Origin: Patescibacteria group bacterium
GTDB lineage: Bacteria; Patescibacteriota; Patescibacteriia; 2-01-FULL-39-33
Length of the DNA: 32,000 nucleotides
NCBI GenBank assembly: GCA_041649575.1
Contig: JBAZMW010000001.1
Coordinates: 1-32,000 of the forward strand
Direction: 5' to 3'
Below the pieces are notes generated by a model. That model was not told where the DNA came from. It did not search any database and was given only the letters and a program-made list of their open reading frames with translations. This document shows, in pieces, positions 1 through 7,677 of the stretch. The translations under genes and the position numbers were made by a program. How positions within the stretch are numbered: the first letter of the stretch is position 1; each line of letters opens with the position of its first letter.

Positions 1-1
1 T

Positions 2-295
2 GAACTGCTACACTTGGGCTACGACATTTCCGATGACGATGCCACGGCCGAAGCCAAGAAGCGCGGCTATCGTCGGGCCACGCCTCGCGAAGTGCTCACT
101 CTGGGCGCCAAATACCCGGACCTGCAGCGGCAGTTCCCGATTGTCGCGGCTCCCACCGGCGACGGGGTGCTGTGCCTCGACGGGGACGGTGCTTTGCGCG
201 ACCTGTACGTCGGCCACTCCGAGGGCGATTGTTCCCGCATCTGTCGGTTCGCCGTCGTCCGCGAGCCTGACCGAATTGCCGAAGCGCAAGCGTAG
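2..295 (+). CDS. 3'-terminal fragment of a GC-rich hypothetical protein (reading frame open to the left window edge)
   Basis: The frame is open from nt 2 (ELLHLGYDISDDD...REPDRIAEAQA*). It is followed by a strong terminator at 340-382. The DNA is very GC-rich. I recognise no motif. Other long ORFs here overlap on both strands, as expected in GC-rich DNA. Confidence 0.5.
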   Translation, partial: ELLHLGYDISDDDATAEAKKRGYRRATPREVLTLGAKYPDLQRQFPIVAAPTGDGVLCLDGDGALRDLYVGHSEGDCSRICRFAVVREPDRIAEAQA

Positions 296-339
296 GCAAG
301 ACGGGCAGTTGATCCCATAATCCCATGACCTTTGACCCC

Positions 340-382
340 GGTCCGCTCAGCACCTAGTGCCTGAGCGGACCTTTTCTTTTTT
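340..382 (+). terminator. Rho-independent terminator after the GC-rich ORF
   Basis: An 11-bp perfect stem, ggtccgctcag (340-350) / ctgagcggacc (361-371), is followed by ttttctttttt. Confidence 0.8.
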
Positions 383-443
383 CAGAAAATCACGGGCATG
401 CCCGTGGGAATCTACTTTTCTGAATTAAAAAATATGTTATAAT
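381..443 (+). promoter_or_regulatory. Nested palindrome plus an extended -10 element directly upstream of the 450 ORF
   Basis: A perfect 16-bp palindrome, cacgggcatgcccgtg (391-406), is nested in an outer 9-bp inverted repeat, ttcagaaaa (381-389) / ttttctgaa (416-424). TATAAT lies at 438-443, only 6 nt before the ATG at 450, which implies a leaderless or near-leaderless mRNA. Confidence 0.35.
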
Positions 444-449
444 CTCTTT

Positions 450-1553
450 ATGAAATACATCTTTATCTTAGGCAACAATCCCGAATTATCGCAGGCGGAA
501 ATCGAGGCGGTTTTGCCACAATTAAAAATTGTTAAAAATAGCAGTCAGTATCTGGTGGCTGAAACACCAAAATTTGATTGTCAGGAAATGATGGCGCGAC
601 TCGGCGGCACTGTTAAGATCGGAATTTTTTTGGGTGATAAGCCGGAGGTCGGGCCGATTTTGGGTTCGGCTGGTTCGCAGACCGGCCAAGGACGATTTAA
701 TTTTGGTTTAAGTTTTTACGGTCAAAAGCCAAGCAGTTGGGGTATGAAAATCAAGAAGACATTAAAGGAGCAGGGCATCGGTTGTCGACTAGTGACCAGT
801 CGTGAGCCAGCTTTGTCATCGGTGATTGTCACTAAAGAAAAGTGCCATGATTTTTTGATCGGTCCTGATTTTTTCGGATTGACTTGTGCGGTGCAGGATT
901 TCGAGGAATACTCCAACCGCGATTTCGGGCGGCCCAAAAGCGATGCGCTCTCCGGCATGTTGCCGCCGAAATTAGCCAAGATGATGATCAATCTGGCCCA
1001 AGTTAGTGAAGATAAAATTATTCTCGATCCTTTTTGCGGCTCGGGCACGATTTTATCTGAAGCATTGGCTTTGGGTTATCACAATTTAATTGGTAGCGAC
1101 CTTTCTACCAAAGCGGTCAATGATAGCCAAGAGAATTGTGAGTGGCTGATTAAAAATTTTCAGCTAAAGAATTATAGTCTTAAGTTTTTTAATCTGGATG
1201 CTAGAAAGTTATCTCTGAAAATAAAAGAACAGACCATGGACGCGATTGTCACTGAGCCCTATTTGGGTCCGCCGATAAAGGGCAATGAGTCACCAGAGAG
1301 GATTAAAAAAAATTTAGCTGAACTAGAGGTTTTATACTTAGAAACTTTTCAGGAATTAAAAAAGATCCTGCGGTCTAAGGGTAAATTGGTTATAGTCATC
1401 CCCGAGTGGCACCTAGGTGCTAAAATTTTTCAGCTAAATATCTTTGACGGCATTGCCAAATTGGGTTATGAGAGAAAGGACAAAAATAATTTGTTTTACA
1501 GGCGGGAAGATCAAAAAGTTTGGCGACAAATAATAGTTTTAGAAAAAAAGTAA
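450..1553 (+). CDS. SAM-dependent RNA (guanine-N2-type, UPF0020/Trm11-like) methyltransferase
   Basis: The C-terminal half carries the class I methyltransferase motif I, LDPFCGSGTILSEA, and a motif IV-like VTEPYLGPP. The N-terminal ~150 aa look like an RNA-binding module. Confidence 0.7.
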   Translation: MKYIFILGNNPELSQAEIEAVLPQLKIVKNSSQYLVAETPKFDCQEMMARLGGTVKIGIFLGDKPEVGPILGSAGSQTGQGRFNFGLSFYGQKPSSWGMKIKKTLKEQGIGCRLVTSREPALSSVIVTKEKCHDFLIGPDFFGLTCAVQDFEEYSNRDFGRPKSDALSGMLPPKLAKMMINLAQVSEDKIILDPFCGSGTILSEALALGYHNLIGSDLSTKAVNDSQENCEWLIKNFQLKNYSLKFFNLDARKLSLKIKEQTMDAIVTEPYLGPPIKGNESPERIKKNLAELEVLYLETFQELKKILRSKGKLVIVIPEWHLGAKIFQLNIFDGIAKLGYERKDKNNLFYRREDQKVWRQIIVLEKK

Positions 1554-1557
1554 ATTA

Positions 1558-2643
1558 ATGAAAACTGTTATTAAAATTTTTTTAGGGCTGGCGGCGATTC
1601 TGGCGCTGGTTTTTGTTTTTTTGAGCCCCAAGATTTTCAACTCATCGAAGTCGGAAACGCCGAGTCCAGCAGCTAGCCAGCTGCTAGTCGAAGCCGCCAA
1701 AGAGGAGGCGGTCTTGCCGCCGGCATCGGAGCCGGTGGAAGTGAACCTGGTTTTTGGCGGCGACGTAATGCTGTCTCGGGTGGTGGGACAGAAAATGGTT
1801 AAGCACCAGGATTACGCCTGGCCGTTTGTCAAAGTGGCTGATATTTTAAGCCAAGCTGATTTGGCAATAGTAAATTTGGAATCGCCGTTTACCCTAAACA
1901 GCAAAAGTTATTTTGTGCCAACCGGGTCGTTTAGCTTTAATGCCGACCCCAAAAGCGTGGCCGGCTTGCGGTTGGCGGGAATCGATTTGGTGTCTCTGGC
2001 CAACAATCATGCCAAAAATCAAGGCGAAAGAGGATTGGCAGACAGCTTTAAAGTTTTGTCGGACAACGGGATAAAGTATGTTGGCGCTGGTCAGAATTTG
2101 GCCGAAGCGCGGCGGCCACAAGAAGTGGAAATAAAAGGCAGAAAATTTGTTTTTTTGGCTTACGCTTATCCCAATGATTCTTCGGTAGCTGCCGCCAATC
2201 GGGCCGGTATTGCCAGCATGGATTTGACTTTGGCTCAAGCAGAAATAAAGAAATTAAAAAAACAGGCAGCGACTTCCACTGTTATTGTTTTGATGCATGC
2301 TGGCACGGAATATACCAATTTACCAAATTGGCAGCAGCAAGAGTTTGCCAGGGGCGCAATCGACGCCGGCGTGGATTTGGTGGTGGGACATCACCCGCAC
2401 TGGGTGCAGCAGACGGAAAGCTATCAGGGCAAAAAGATCATTTATTCCCTGGGCAATTTGGTTTTTGACCAGATGTGGTCGCCGGAAACCCAACAGGGAG
2501 CGTTGGCCAAGGTTGTTTTTAAAGAAGGGAAAGTAACTGGTTTGGAATTTATCCCGATTCATATTTATGACTACGGCCAGCCGCAAATAGTCAGCGATTT
2601 GTCGGAGAGGCAAGAGATCTTGAAAAGAATGGGAGAAAATTAA
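1558..2643 (+). CDS. CapA-family metallophosphatase-fold protein (PGA_cap), membrane-anchored
   Basis: There is an N-terminal TM helix. CapA-type motifs are present: GGDVMLSR, LANNHAKNQG, MHAGTEY, VVGHHPHW. Confidence 0.85.
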   Translation: MKTVIKIFLGLAAILALVFVFLSPKIFNSSKSETPSPAASQLLVEAAKEEAVLPPASEPVEVNLVFGGDVMLSRVVGQKMVKHQDYAWPFVKVADILSQADLAIVNLESPFTLNSKSYFVPTGSFSFNADPKSVAGLRLAGIDLVSLANNHAKNQGERGLADSFKVLSDNGIKYVGAGQNLAEARRPQEVEIKGRKFVFLAYAYPNDSSVAAANRAGIASMDLTLAQAEIKKLKKQAATSTVIVLMHAGTEYTNLPNWQQQEFARGAIDAGVDLVVGHHPHWVQQTESYQGKKIIYSLGNLVFDQMWSPETQQGALAKVVFKEGKVTGLEFIPIHIYDYGQPQIVSDLSERQEILKRMGEN

Positions 2644-2653
2644 CAATTAATTT

Positions 2654-2794
2654 CTAACCTAACATAATATTAAAATTGTGGCCGATAAAACCTATAATCG
2701 GCTTGACCAGACTTTCCCAGACACCAATAATTACAGCCACCGAGATAATTAAAATGGCGTAGAAGACTATTTTTAATTTTTTATCGTCATCCAT
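2654..2794 (-). CDS. Possible 46-aa single-pass membrane peptide (absent from the ORF track, below its size cutoff)
   Basis: My own translation gives MDDDKKLKIVFYAILIISVAVIIGVWESLVKPIIGFIGHNFNIMLG*. It is co-directional with ychF and 67 nt downstream of it. It has a hydrophobic core but no clear RBS. Confidence 0.3.
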   Translation of the reverse strand: MDDDKKLKIVFYAILIISVAVIIGVWESLVKPIIGFIGHNFNIMLG

Positions 2795-2861
2795 ATAGTT
2801 TTCAAATCATTAAAACACTAGAACATTAAAATAAAAAAACAAACCAGAATTTTTTAATTAT

Positions 2862-3911
2862 TTAGTTACTAAATCGAAAATGGGCCACATCGCCATCGGC
2901 CATGACATAATCTTTGCCTTCCAGGCGAATCAGCCCCTTTTCTCGAGCGGCCGCTTCTCCGCCGCAAGCAACCAAATCTTGCCAGTTGATAATTTCGGCA
3001 CGAATAAAACCCTTTTCAAAGTCGGTATGGATAACACCGGCCGCCTGTGGCGCCTTGGCGCCGCGTTTGATTGTCCAAGCCTTGGTTTCCATTTCGCCGG
3101 AAGTAATAAAAGTGATTAGTTCTAAAAGCTCATAGGATTTTTTGATCAGTTTGTCCAGACCGGAGCCGTCAAGCGACAAGGATTTTAGATATTCCTTGGC
3201 TTCGGCCTCGGGCAGTTCGGCCAGTTCCGCTTCGATTTTGGCCGAGATGGCCAGAAAGTCGGTTTCTTGCAATATTTTGTCTTCATCGACATTAAGCACA
3301 TAAATCATTGGCTTCATGGTCAAAAGACAAAGCTCTCTAATTAAGATTTTTTCTTCCGGATCGGTGATGAGGTCTCGGGCCGGCTGGCCATTTTCCAGGC
3401 CGGTTTTTAATTTTTCTAAAATTGGTTCTAAAATTTTGGCTTCTTTGACATTGCCGTGCAAATCTTTTTGGTTTTTAGCGATTCGTTTTTCGACAGTTTG
3501 CAGGTCGGCAAAAATCAGCTCGAGATTAATGGTTTCCTGGTCGTCTTTGGGGTCGACTTTGCCGTTGACGTGGATGACGTTTTCATCTTTAAATTCTCTA
3601 ATCACTTGGGCGATGGCGTCAACATTTCTGATGTTGGCCAAAAATTGGTTGCCCAGGCCCTCGCCTTTGTGCGCGCCTTTGACCAGGCCGGCGATATCGA
3701 CAAACTCAATGGTGGTGGGGACAATTTTGGCCGAATGGGAAACCCGGGCCAGCTGGTCCAGTCGCTCGTCGGGTACGGCCACCACGCCCACATTAGGGTC
3801 GATGGTGCAAAAAGGGTAATTAGCGGCATCAACCTGTTTTTTGGTCAGGGCTTTAAAGAGGGTGGATTTGCCCACATTGGGCAGGCCGACAATGCCGATG
3901 GAAAAAGACAT
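2862..3911 (-). CDS. ychF: Ribosome-associated ATPase/GTP-binding protein YchF
   Basis: It has the P-loop GIVGLPNVGKSTLFKALT. The C-terminal TGS-like region HTDFEKGFIRAEII and the 349-aa length are typical of YchF. Confidence 0.95.
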   Translation of the reverse strand: MSFSIGIVGLPNVGKSTLFKALTKKQVDAANYPFCTIDPNVGVVAVPDERLDQLARVSHSAKIVPTTIEFVDIAGLVKGAHKGEGLGNQFLANIRNVDAIAQVIREFKDENVIHVNGKVDPKDDQETINLELIFADLQTVEKRIAKNQKDLHGNVKEAKILEPILEKLKTGLENGQPARDLITDPEEKILIRELCLLTMKPMIYVLNVDEDKILQETDFLAISAKIEAELAELPEAEAKEYLKSLSLDGSGLDKLIKKSYELLELITFITSGEMETKAWTIKRGAKAPQAAGVIHTDFEKGFIRAEIINWQDLVACGGEAAAREKGLIRLEGKDYVMADGDVAHFRFSN

Positions 3912-4040
3912 ATTTTAAAACTAAAGAATAAAAGCTAAAAATTTAAAGTTTTTTAAAATTGATAATTTTTAGTATAGTACAAAAAGCTGATATTTTCAAT
4001 ACCCTTGAAAATAACCGCCGGTTGTTTTAAGATGTAAAGC

Positions 4041-4580
4041 ATGCAGGAAAAATACCAAAATTTTTTAGAGACCGTCTTCACGGTTTTTGACGTGGAAACC
4101 TCGGGCTTGGATCCGTTCAAAGACGAGGTCTTGGAAATCGCCGCCCTAAAAACCAAAGGCAAAGAAATTGTCGATCGTTTTGAGGCGCTGATTCAGCCGA
4201 CCAAACCGGTGACTCCGGAAGTCGAAAAAATCCACGGACTTAATGAAATATATTTACTGGTTAATGGCAGGAACGCCAACCAGGTTTTCAGGGATTTTCT
4301 GGATTTTGCCGGAGATTCGATTATTGTCGGGCACAATATCAAAGAGTTTGATTGGTTGTTTGTTTTAAACCAGGCCAGGCGGCTAAATTGGCCCAGCCCT
4401 GGCAACAAACTCATTGATACCCTGGAATTGTCGCGAAAACTTCTGTCTTTGCCAGCCTATAATCTGACCAGCGTGGCCAAGAGTTTGGGCTTTGAACATA
4501 ATAATGCTCATCGCGCCATGCCGGACGTGGAAGTAAATACCAAAATTTTTTGGGAGTTGATGGAGAGGTTGTTTAAGTAA
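4041..4580 (+). CDS. DnaQ/epsilon-like DEDDh 3'-5' exonuclease
   Basis: It has Exo I FDVETSGLDP, Exo II GHNIKEFDWLF and Exo III HRAMPDVE. Confidence 0.85.
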   Translation: MQEKYQNFLETVFTVFDVETSGLDPFKDEVLEIAALKTKGKEIVDRFEALIQPTKPVTPEVEKIHGLNEIYLLVNGRNANQVFRDFLDFAGDSIIVGHNIKEFDWLFVLNQARRLNWPSPGNKLIDTLELSRKLLSLPAYNLTSVAKSLGFEHNNAHRAMPDVEVNTKIFWELMERLFK

Positions 4581-4589
4581 TTTGTTATA

Positions 4590-4637
4590 AAAAAATCGAC
4601 CCCGTACCTATTAGCTTATTCAGCTTTCGGTGCGGGG
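4590..4637 (-). terminator. Weak candidate terminator for the GC-rich 187-aa ORF
   Basis: On the minus strand, ccccgcacc pairs with ggtacgggg (one mismatch, ~20-nt loop), followed by tcgattttttt. Confidence 0.35.
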
Positions 4638-4675
4638 GGACGCTATGTACTGTTGAGTGCCGCGCGCTTCAGCGG

Positions 4676-5239
4676 TCACTCGGGCGGGCGGTTGTTCGCT
4701 CGGACGAAGAAAGTCTTTTGGTCGGTGGCGTTGTAGGTGTTATTGGGGTAGGTGCACGCTTCCACCACCCAGACCATCTCTTTGCCGTCGTCTGCCATCT
4801 TTCTTGTGAATTCTGGCTCGCTCTCCGGTGTTGTGGGTCTGATATCGACGAAGGCGATTCGCTGGTTGGGCAGACTCTCCGCGCTCTCGGCGGGGTTTAG
4901 GCCGAAGGTCAAGTGCCATAGCCCGATGGTTTTGTCGTATTGCGGCTTGCCAGCGACCTCGCGCCAGCCGAGCTCCGTGATTCGCAGGCCTAGGGTCGAG
5001 GTGTCCTCGCTGGTTGTGGAGGCATTGGTGGCCACTGGCGCTATTTTGTTGGCCAACAGGTTTGTCACAAGTACGCCGGCAACCGCCACAATAAGGCTGA
5101 GCCCGACCACTTTCGCAATTCCCCATTCGCGGCGCGGGTCTTCCTGTCTGTTGTCCCTTTCTGCCCCCAGACAGGCGACGCCAATGGAAAGCAACACAGC
5201 GATGAAGTAACCGATCACTAATAAAACATCGTGATCCAT
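4676..5239 (-). CDS. GC-rich orphan membrane protein (two predicted N-terminal TM helices plus a ~110-aa extracytoplasmic domain)
   Basis: It is the longest ORF in the GC-rich block. A good SD precedes the start (aaggagagagaggcATG). The TM segments are VLLVIGYFIAVLLSIGVACLGA and VVGLSLIVAVAGVLVTNLL. I recognise no family. Confidence 0.6.
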   Translation of the reverse strand: MDHDVLLVIGYFIAVLLSIGVACLGAERDNRQEDPRREWGIAKVVGLSLIVAVAGVLVTNLLANKIAPVATNASTTSEDTSTLGLRITELGWREVAGKPQYDKTIGLWHLTFGLNPAESAESLPNQRIAFVDIRPTTPESEPEFTRKMADDGKEMVWVVEACTYPNNTYNATDQKTFFVRANNRPPE

Positions 5240-5321
5240 GCCTCTCTCTCCTTCTAAACGTACACTTGGCGATTCTTTAAGGCGATCGCCGCTAGCCTTC
5301 TGGTCATCAAACCATTATATA

Positions 5322-5350
5322 ATTATATAATATATAGATACTTTTGTCAA
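5322..5350 (-). promoter_or_regulatory. Consensus sigma70-type promoter driving the 4676-5239 ORF
   Basis: The minus strand reads TTGACA (5350-5345), a 17-nt spacer, then TATAAT (5327-5322). It lies in AT-rich DNA just outside the GC-rich block and predicts a ~75-nt leader. Confidence 0.5.
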
Positions 5351-5491
5351 TAAAAAGCATTATTTGGCCATACTAATTTTAATAGAATTATTTAAATTTA
5401 GATAAAAAAACAGCCTTGAATTTTTTAATGCTGCCTTTTTTCTTTTGCGTCAGTTTTTCTTTTTATTAAAAAAAGAAAAGTGACAAGTATT

Positions 5492-6319
5492 TTATTTTCG
5501 AGAAAGTAAAAAAGTATTTTTTAGCAGGCAGGCTACGGTGAGCGGGCCGACGCCGCCGGGAACCGGCGAGACCCAGCCGGCAACCTCAATAACTTTAGGA
5601 TCGACGTCGCCGACAATTTGGCCGTTTTTTCTATTAATACCCACATCAATGACAATAGCGCCCGGTTTGACCATTGATTTTTTGAGCGCCAGTGCTTGGC
5701 CCAGGGCAATAATAATAATATCAAAATTTTGGGAGTCAGTCGGAAGGGTCGTGCTGGTTTTTATTTTTTTGATTTTCAGATTTTTTTTGAGATTTTTTTT
5801 CAGTCCTTGCAAAAAAACATTACTCTTGCCGATGATTAACGTTGATTTGTCGGATAATTTCTCGTTGGTGTTGGAAAGTAATTCTGAAACAGCGGCGACG
5901 GTTGGTGGAATAATTTGAGAATTTTTGTTTTGCGGGTGAAAACCGTCAACGTCCTTGAGAGGCGAGATGGCCTTGATGATTTTTTCAGCCCCGAATTTTT
6001 TTGGCAGTGGCAATTGGATAATGATGCCGTTGGTTTCCGGGTCTTGGTTTAGAAATTTTATCAAACTAATCAGCTCGGCTTCGGAAATATTGGGATAGCA
6101 ATCCTGGTTGCAAAGATACTTATGAAAACTAAGACCCACTTCCAGGCAGGCCTTTTCTTTAAGCTGGATATAGATTTTTGAAGCCGGATCGTCGCCAACC
6201 AAAACTGCCGCCAGGCCGGGCGTCTGGTTGGCGGCAATAATTTTTTTTCTCAAATCCAGTTTGATTTTATCCGCCAGCGCTTTTCCGTCCAGGATAACGG
6301 CGGATTTTTTGGTGGCCAT
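5492..6319 (-). CDS. folD: Bifunctional methylenetetrahydrofolate dehydrogenase/methenyl-THF cyclohydrolase
   Basis: It has VLVGDDPASKIYI and the C-terminal PGGVGPLTVACLL. It abuts glyA directly. Confidence 0.9.
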   Translation of the reverse strand: MATKKSAVILDGKALADKIKLDLRKKIIAANQTPGLAAVLVGDDPASKIYIQLKEKACLEVGLSFHKYLCNQDCYPNISEAELISLIKFLNQDPETNGIIIQLPLPKKFGAEKIIKAISPLKDVDGFHPQNKNSQIIPPTVAAVSELLSNTNEKLSDKSTLIIGKSNVFLQGLKKNLKKNLKIKKIKTSTTLPTDSQNFDIIIIALGQALALKKSMVKPGAIVIDVGINRKNGQIVGDVDPKVIEVAGWVSPVPGGVGPLTVACLLKNTFLLSRK

Positions 6320-7555
6320 TTAATAAATAGGAAAATTTTTAGTCAGCTTTAGAACTTCTTTTTTTATTTTTTTTCTCAAATTCGAGTCGGTGGGTCTCTC
6401 GAGGATAGCGGCGATCCAGGAGGCGATGAGCCTCATCTCTTTTTCCCTCATCCCGCGGGTGGTGAGAGCCGGAGTGCCCAGGCGGATGCCGGAAGGATTG
6501 AGCGGTGTGGCCGGATCGAAAGGGATCAGGTTGGCATTGGTATAAATAAGTGCCTCGGCCAAAAGGTTGGCGCCGTCACGTCCAGAGATTTTCAGCGGCT
6601 GGCAATCGAGCAAAACCAAATGATTTTGAGTGCTGTCGGCTACCAATTTTAGGCCGTTGCTTTTCATGGCCTCGGCCAGGGCTTGAGCGTTTTTGACTGT
6701 TTGTTTCTGATCTTTTTTGAATTTACCGGTCAACGCTTCGGCAAAACAGACAGCTTTGGCGGCGATGACATTTTCTAAAGGTCCACCTTGCAGGCCGGGA
6801 AAAACGGCACGGTCTATGGCTTTGGCTAATTCTTGTTTACAGATAATAATGGCGCTTCTGGGTCCACGCAGGGTTTTGTGAGTGGTGGTGGTGACAATAT
6901 CGGCCCAGGGAAATGGCGAGGGATGCACGCCGCCAATAATTAGTCCGGCAATATGCGCGATGTCGGCCAAAAGCAGCGCCCCGACTTCTTTGGCAATTTG
7001 ATAAAATTTTTGGAAATCAATTTTTTGGGTATAAGCGGTGGCGCCGCAAACAATCATCCTAGGTTTTTCTCTTTTGGCAATTCTATTAATCTCGGCATAA
7101 TTCAGGCGGCAGGTTTTGGGATCAACACCATAATAAGAAAAATCGAAAAGTTTGCCGGAAAAATTAACCGGACTGCCGTGGGTGAGGTGACCGCCAGCGC
7201 CCAAGTCCATGGCCAGAATTTTATCACCTGGTTTTAGGAGTCCGAGATAAACCGCCAAGTTGGCCGAAGAGCCGGAATGCGGCTGGACATTGGCATGCCA
7301 TTTTTGGCCATCAAGGGTGAAGATTTTCAGCGCCAAAGATTTAGCAATATTTTCTATCTCATCAATGGTTTCGTTGCCGGTGTAGTAGCGCCGGCCGGGG
7401 TACCCTTCCGAGTATTTATTGGAAAGCGGCGTGCCCATGGCGCCAAGTACGGCCGCCGAGGCGTAGTTTTCGGAAGGAATCATAACCAGCCCGCGGCGTT
7501 GGCGGTCGGTTTCTTGTTTAATCAAGCTAAAGATTCGTTGGTTTTCGCTGGCCAT
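6320..7555 (-). CDS. glyA: Serine hydroxymethyltransferase
   Basis: It has the PLP-lysine motif TTTTHKTLRGPR, plus SENYAS and GYPGRRYY. Confidence 0.95.
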   Translation of the reverse strand: MASENQRIFSLIKQETDRQRRGLVMIPSENYASAAVLGAMGTPLSNKYSEGYPGRRYYTGNETIDEIENIAKSLALKIFTLDGQKWHANVQPHSGSSANLAVYLGLLKPGDKILAMDLGAGGHLTHGSPVNFSGKLFDFSYYGVDPKTCRLNYAEINRIAKREKPRMIVCGATAYTQKIDFQKFYQIAKEVGALLLADIAHIAGLIIGGVHPSPFPWADIVTTTTHKTLRGPRSAIIICKQELAKAIDRAVFPGLQGGPLENVIAAKAVCFAEALTGKFKKDQKQTVKNAQALAEAMKSNGLKLVADSTQNHLVLLDCQPLKISGRDGANLLAEALIYTNANLIPFDPATPLNPSGIRLGTPALTTRGMREKEMRLIASWIAAILERPTDSNLRKKIKKEVLKLTKNFPIY

Positions 7556-7677
7556 AGTTTGAGTTAATTTTAACTTAATAAGATTTTTTTTTCAATCAAG
7601 TAAGGGTATTTTCTTTTTTAAGAAAGTGTTATAATTAATCAAGATTAAAAACAAAGATTAACTTTTTAAACACTCTT

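Noticed and set aside
5282-5289. GCGATCGC, identical to the cyanobacterial HIP1 palindrome, occurs in the island-2 leader. It could be a clue to donor taxonomy.
   Set aside because: I found a single occurrence. One 8-mer hit in 32 kb is within chance expectation and cannot support an origin claim.
5372-5415. Short matches to the structured repeat (ctaattttaata, aaatttagaYaaaa..cag) lie upstream of island 2, suggesting a third degenerate copy.
   Set aside because: The matches are about 12 nt, AT-rich and in a different order than in the repeat. That is consistent with chance in low-complexity AT-rich DNA.
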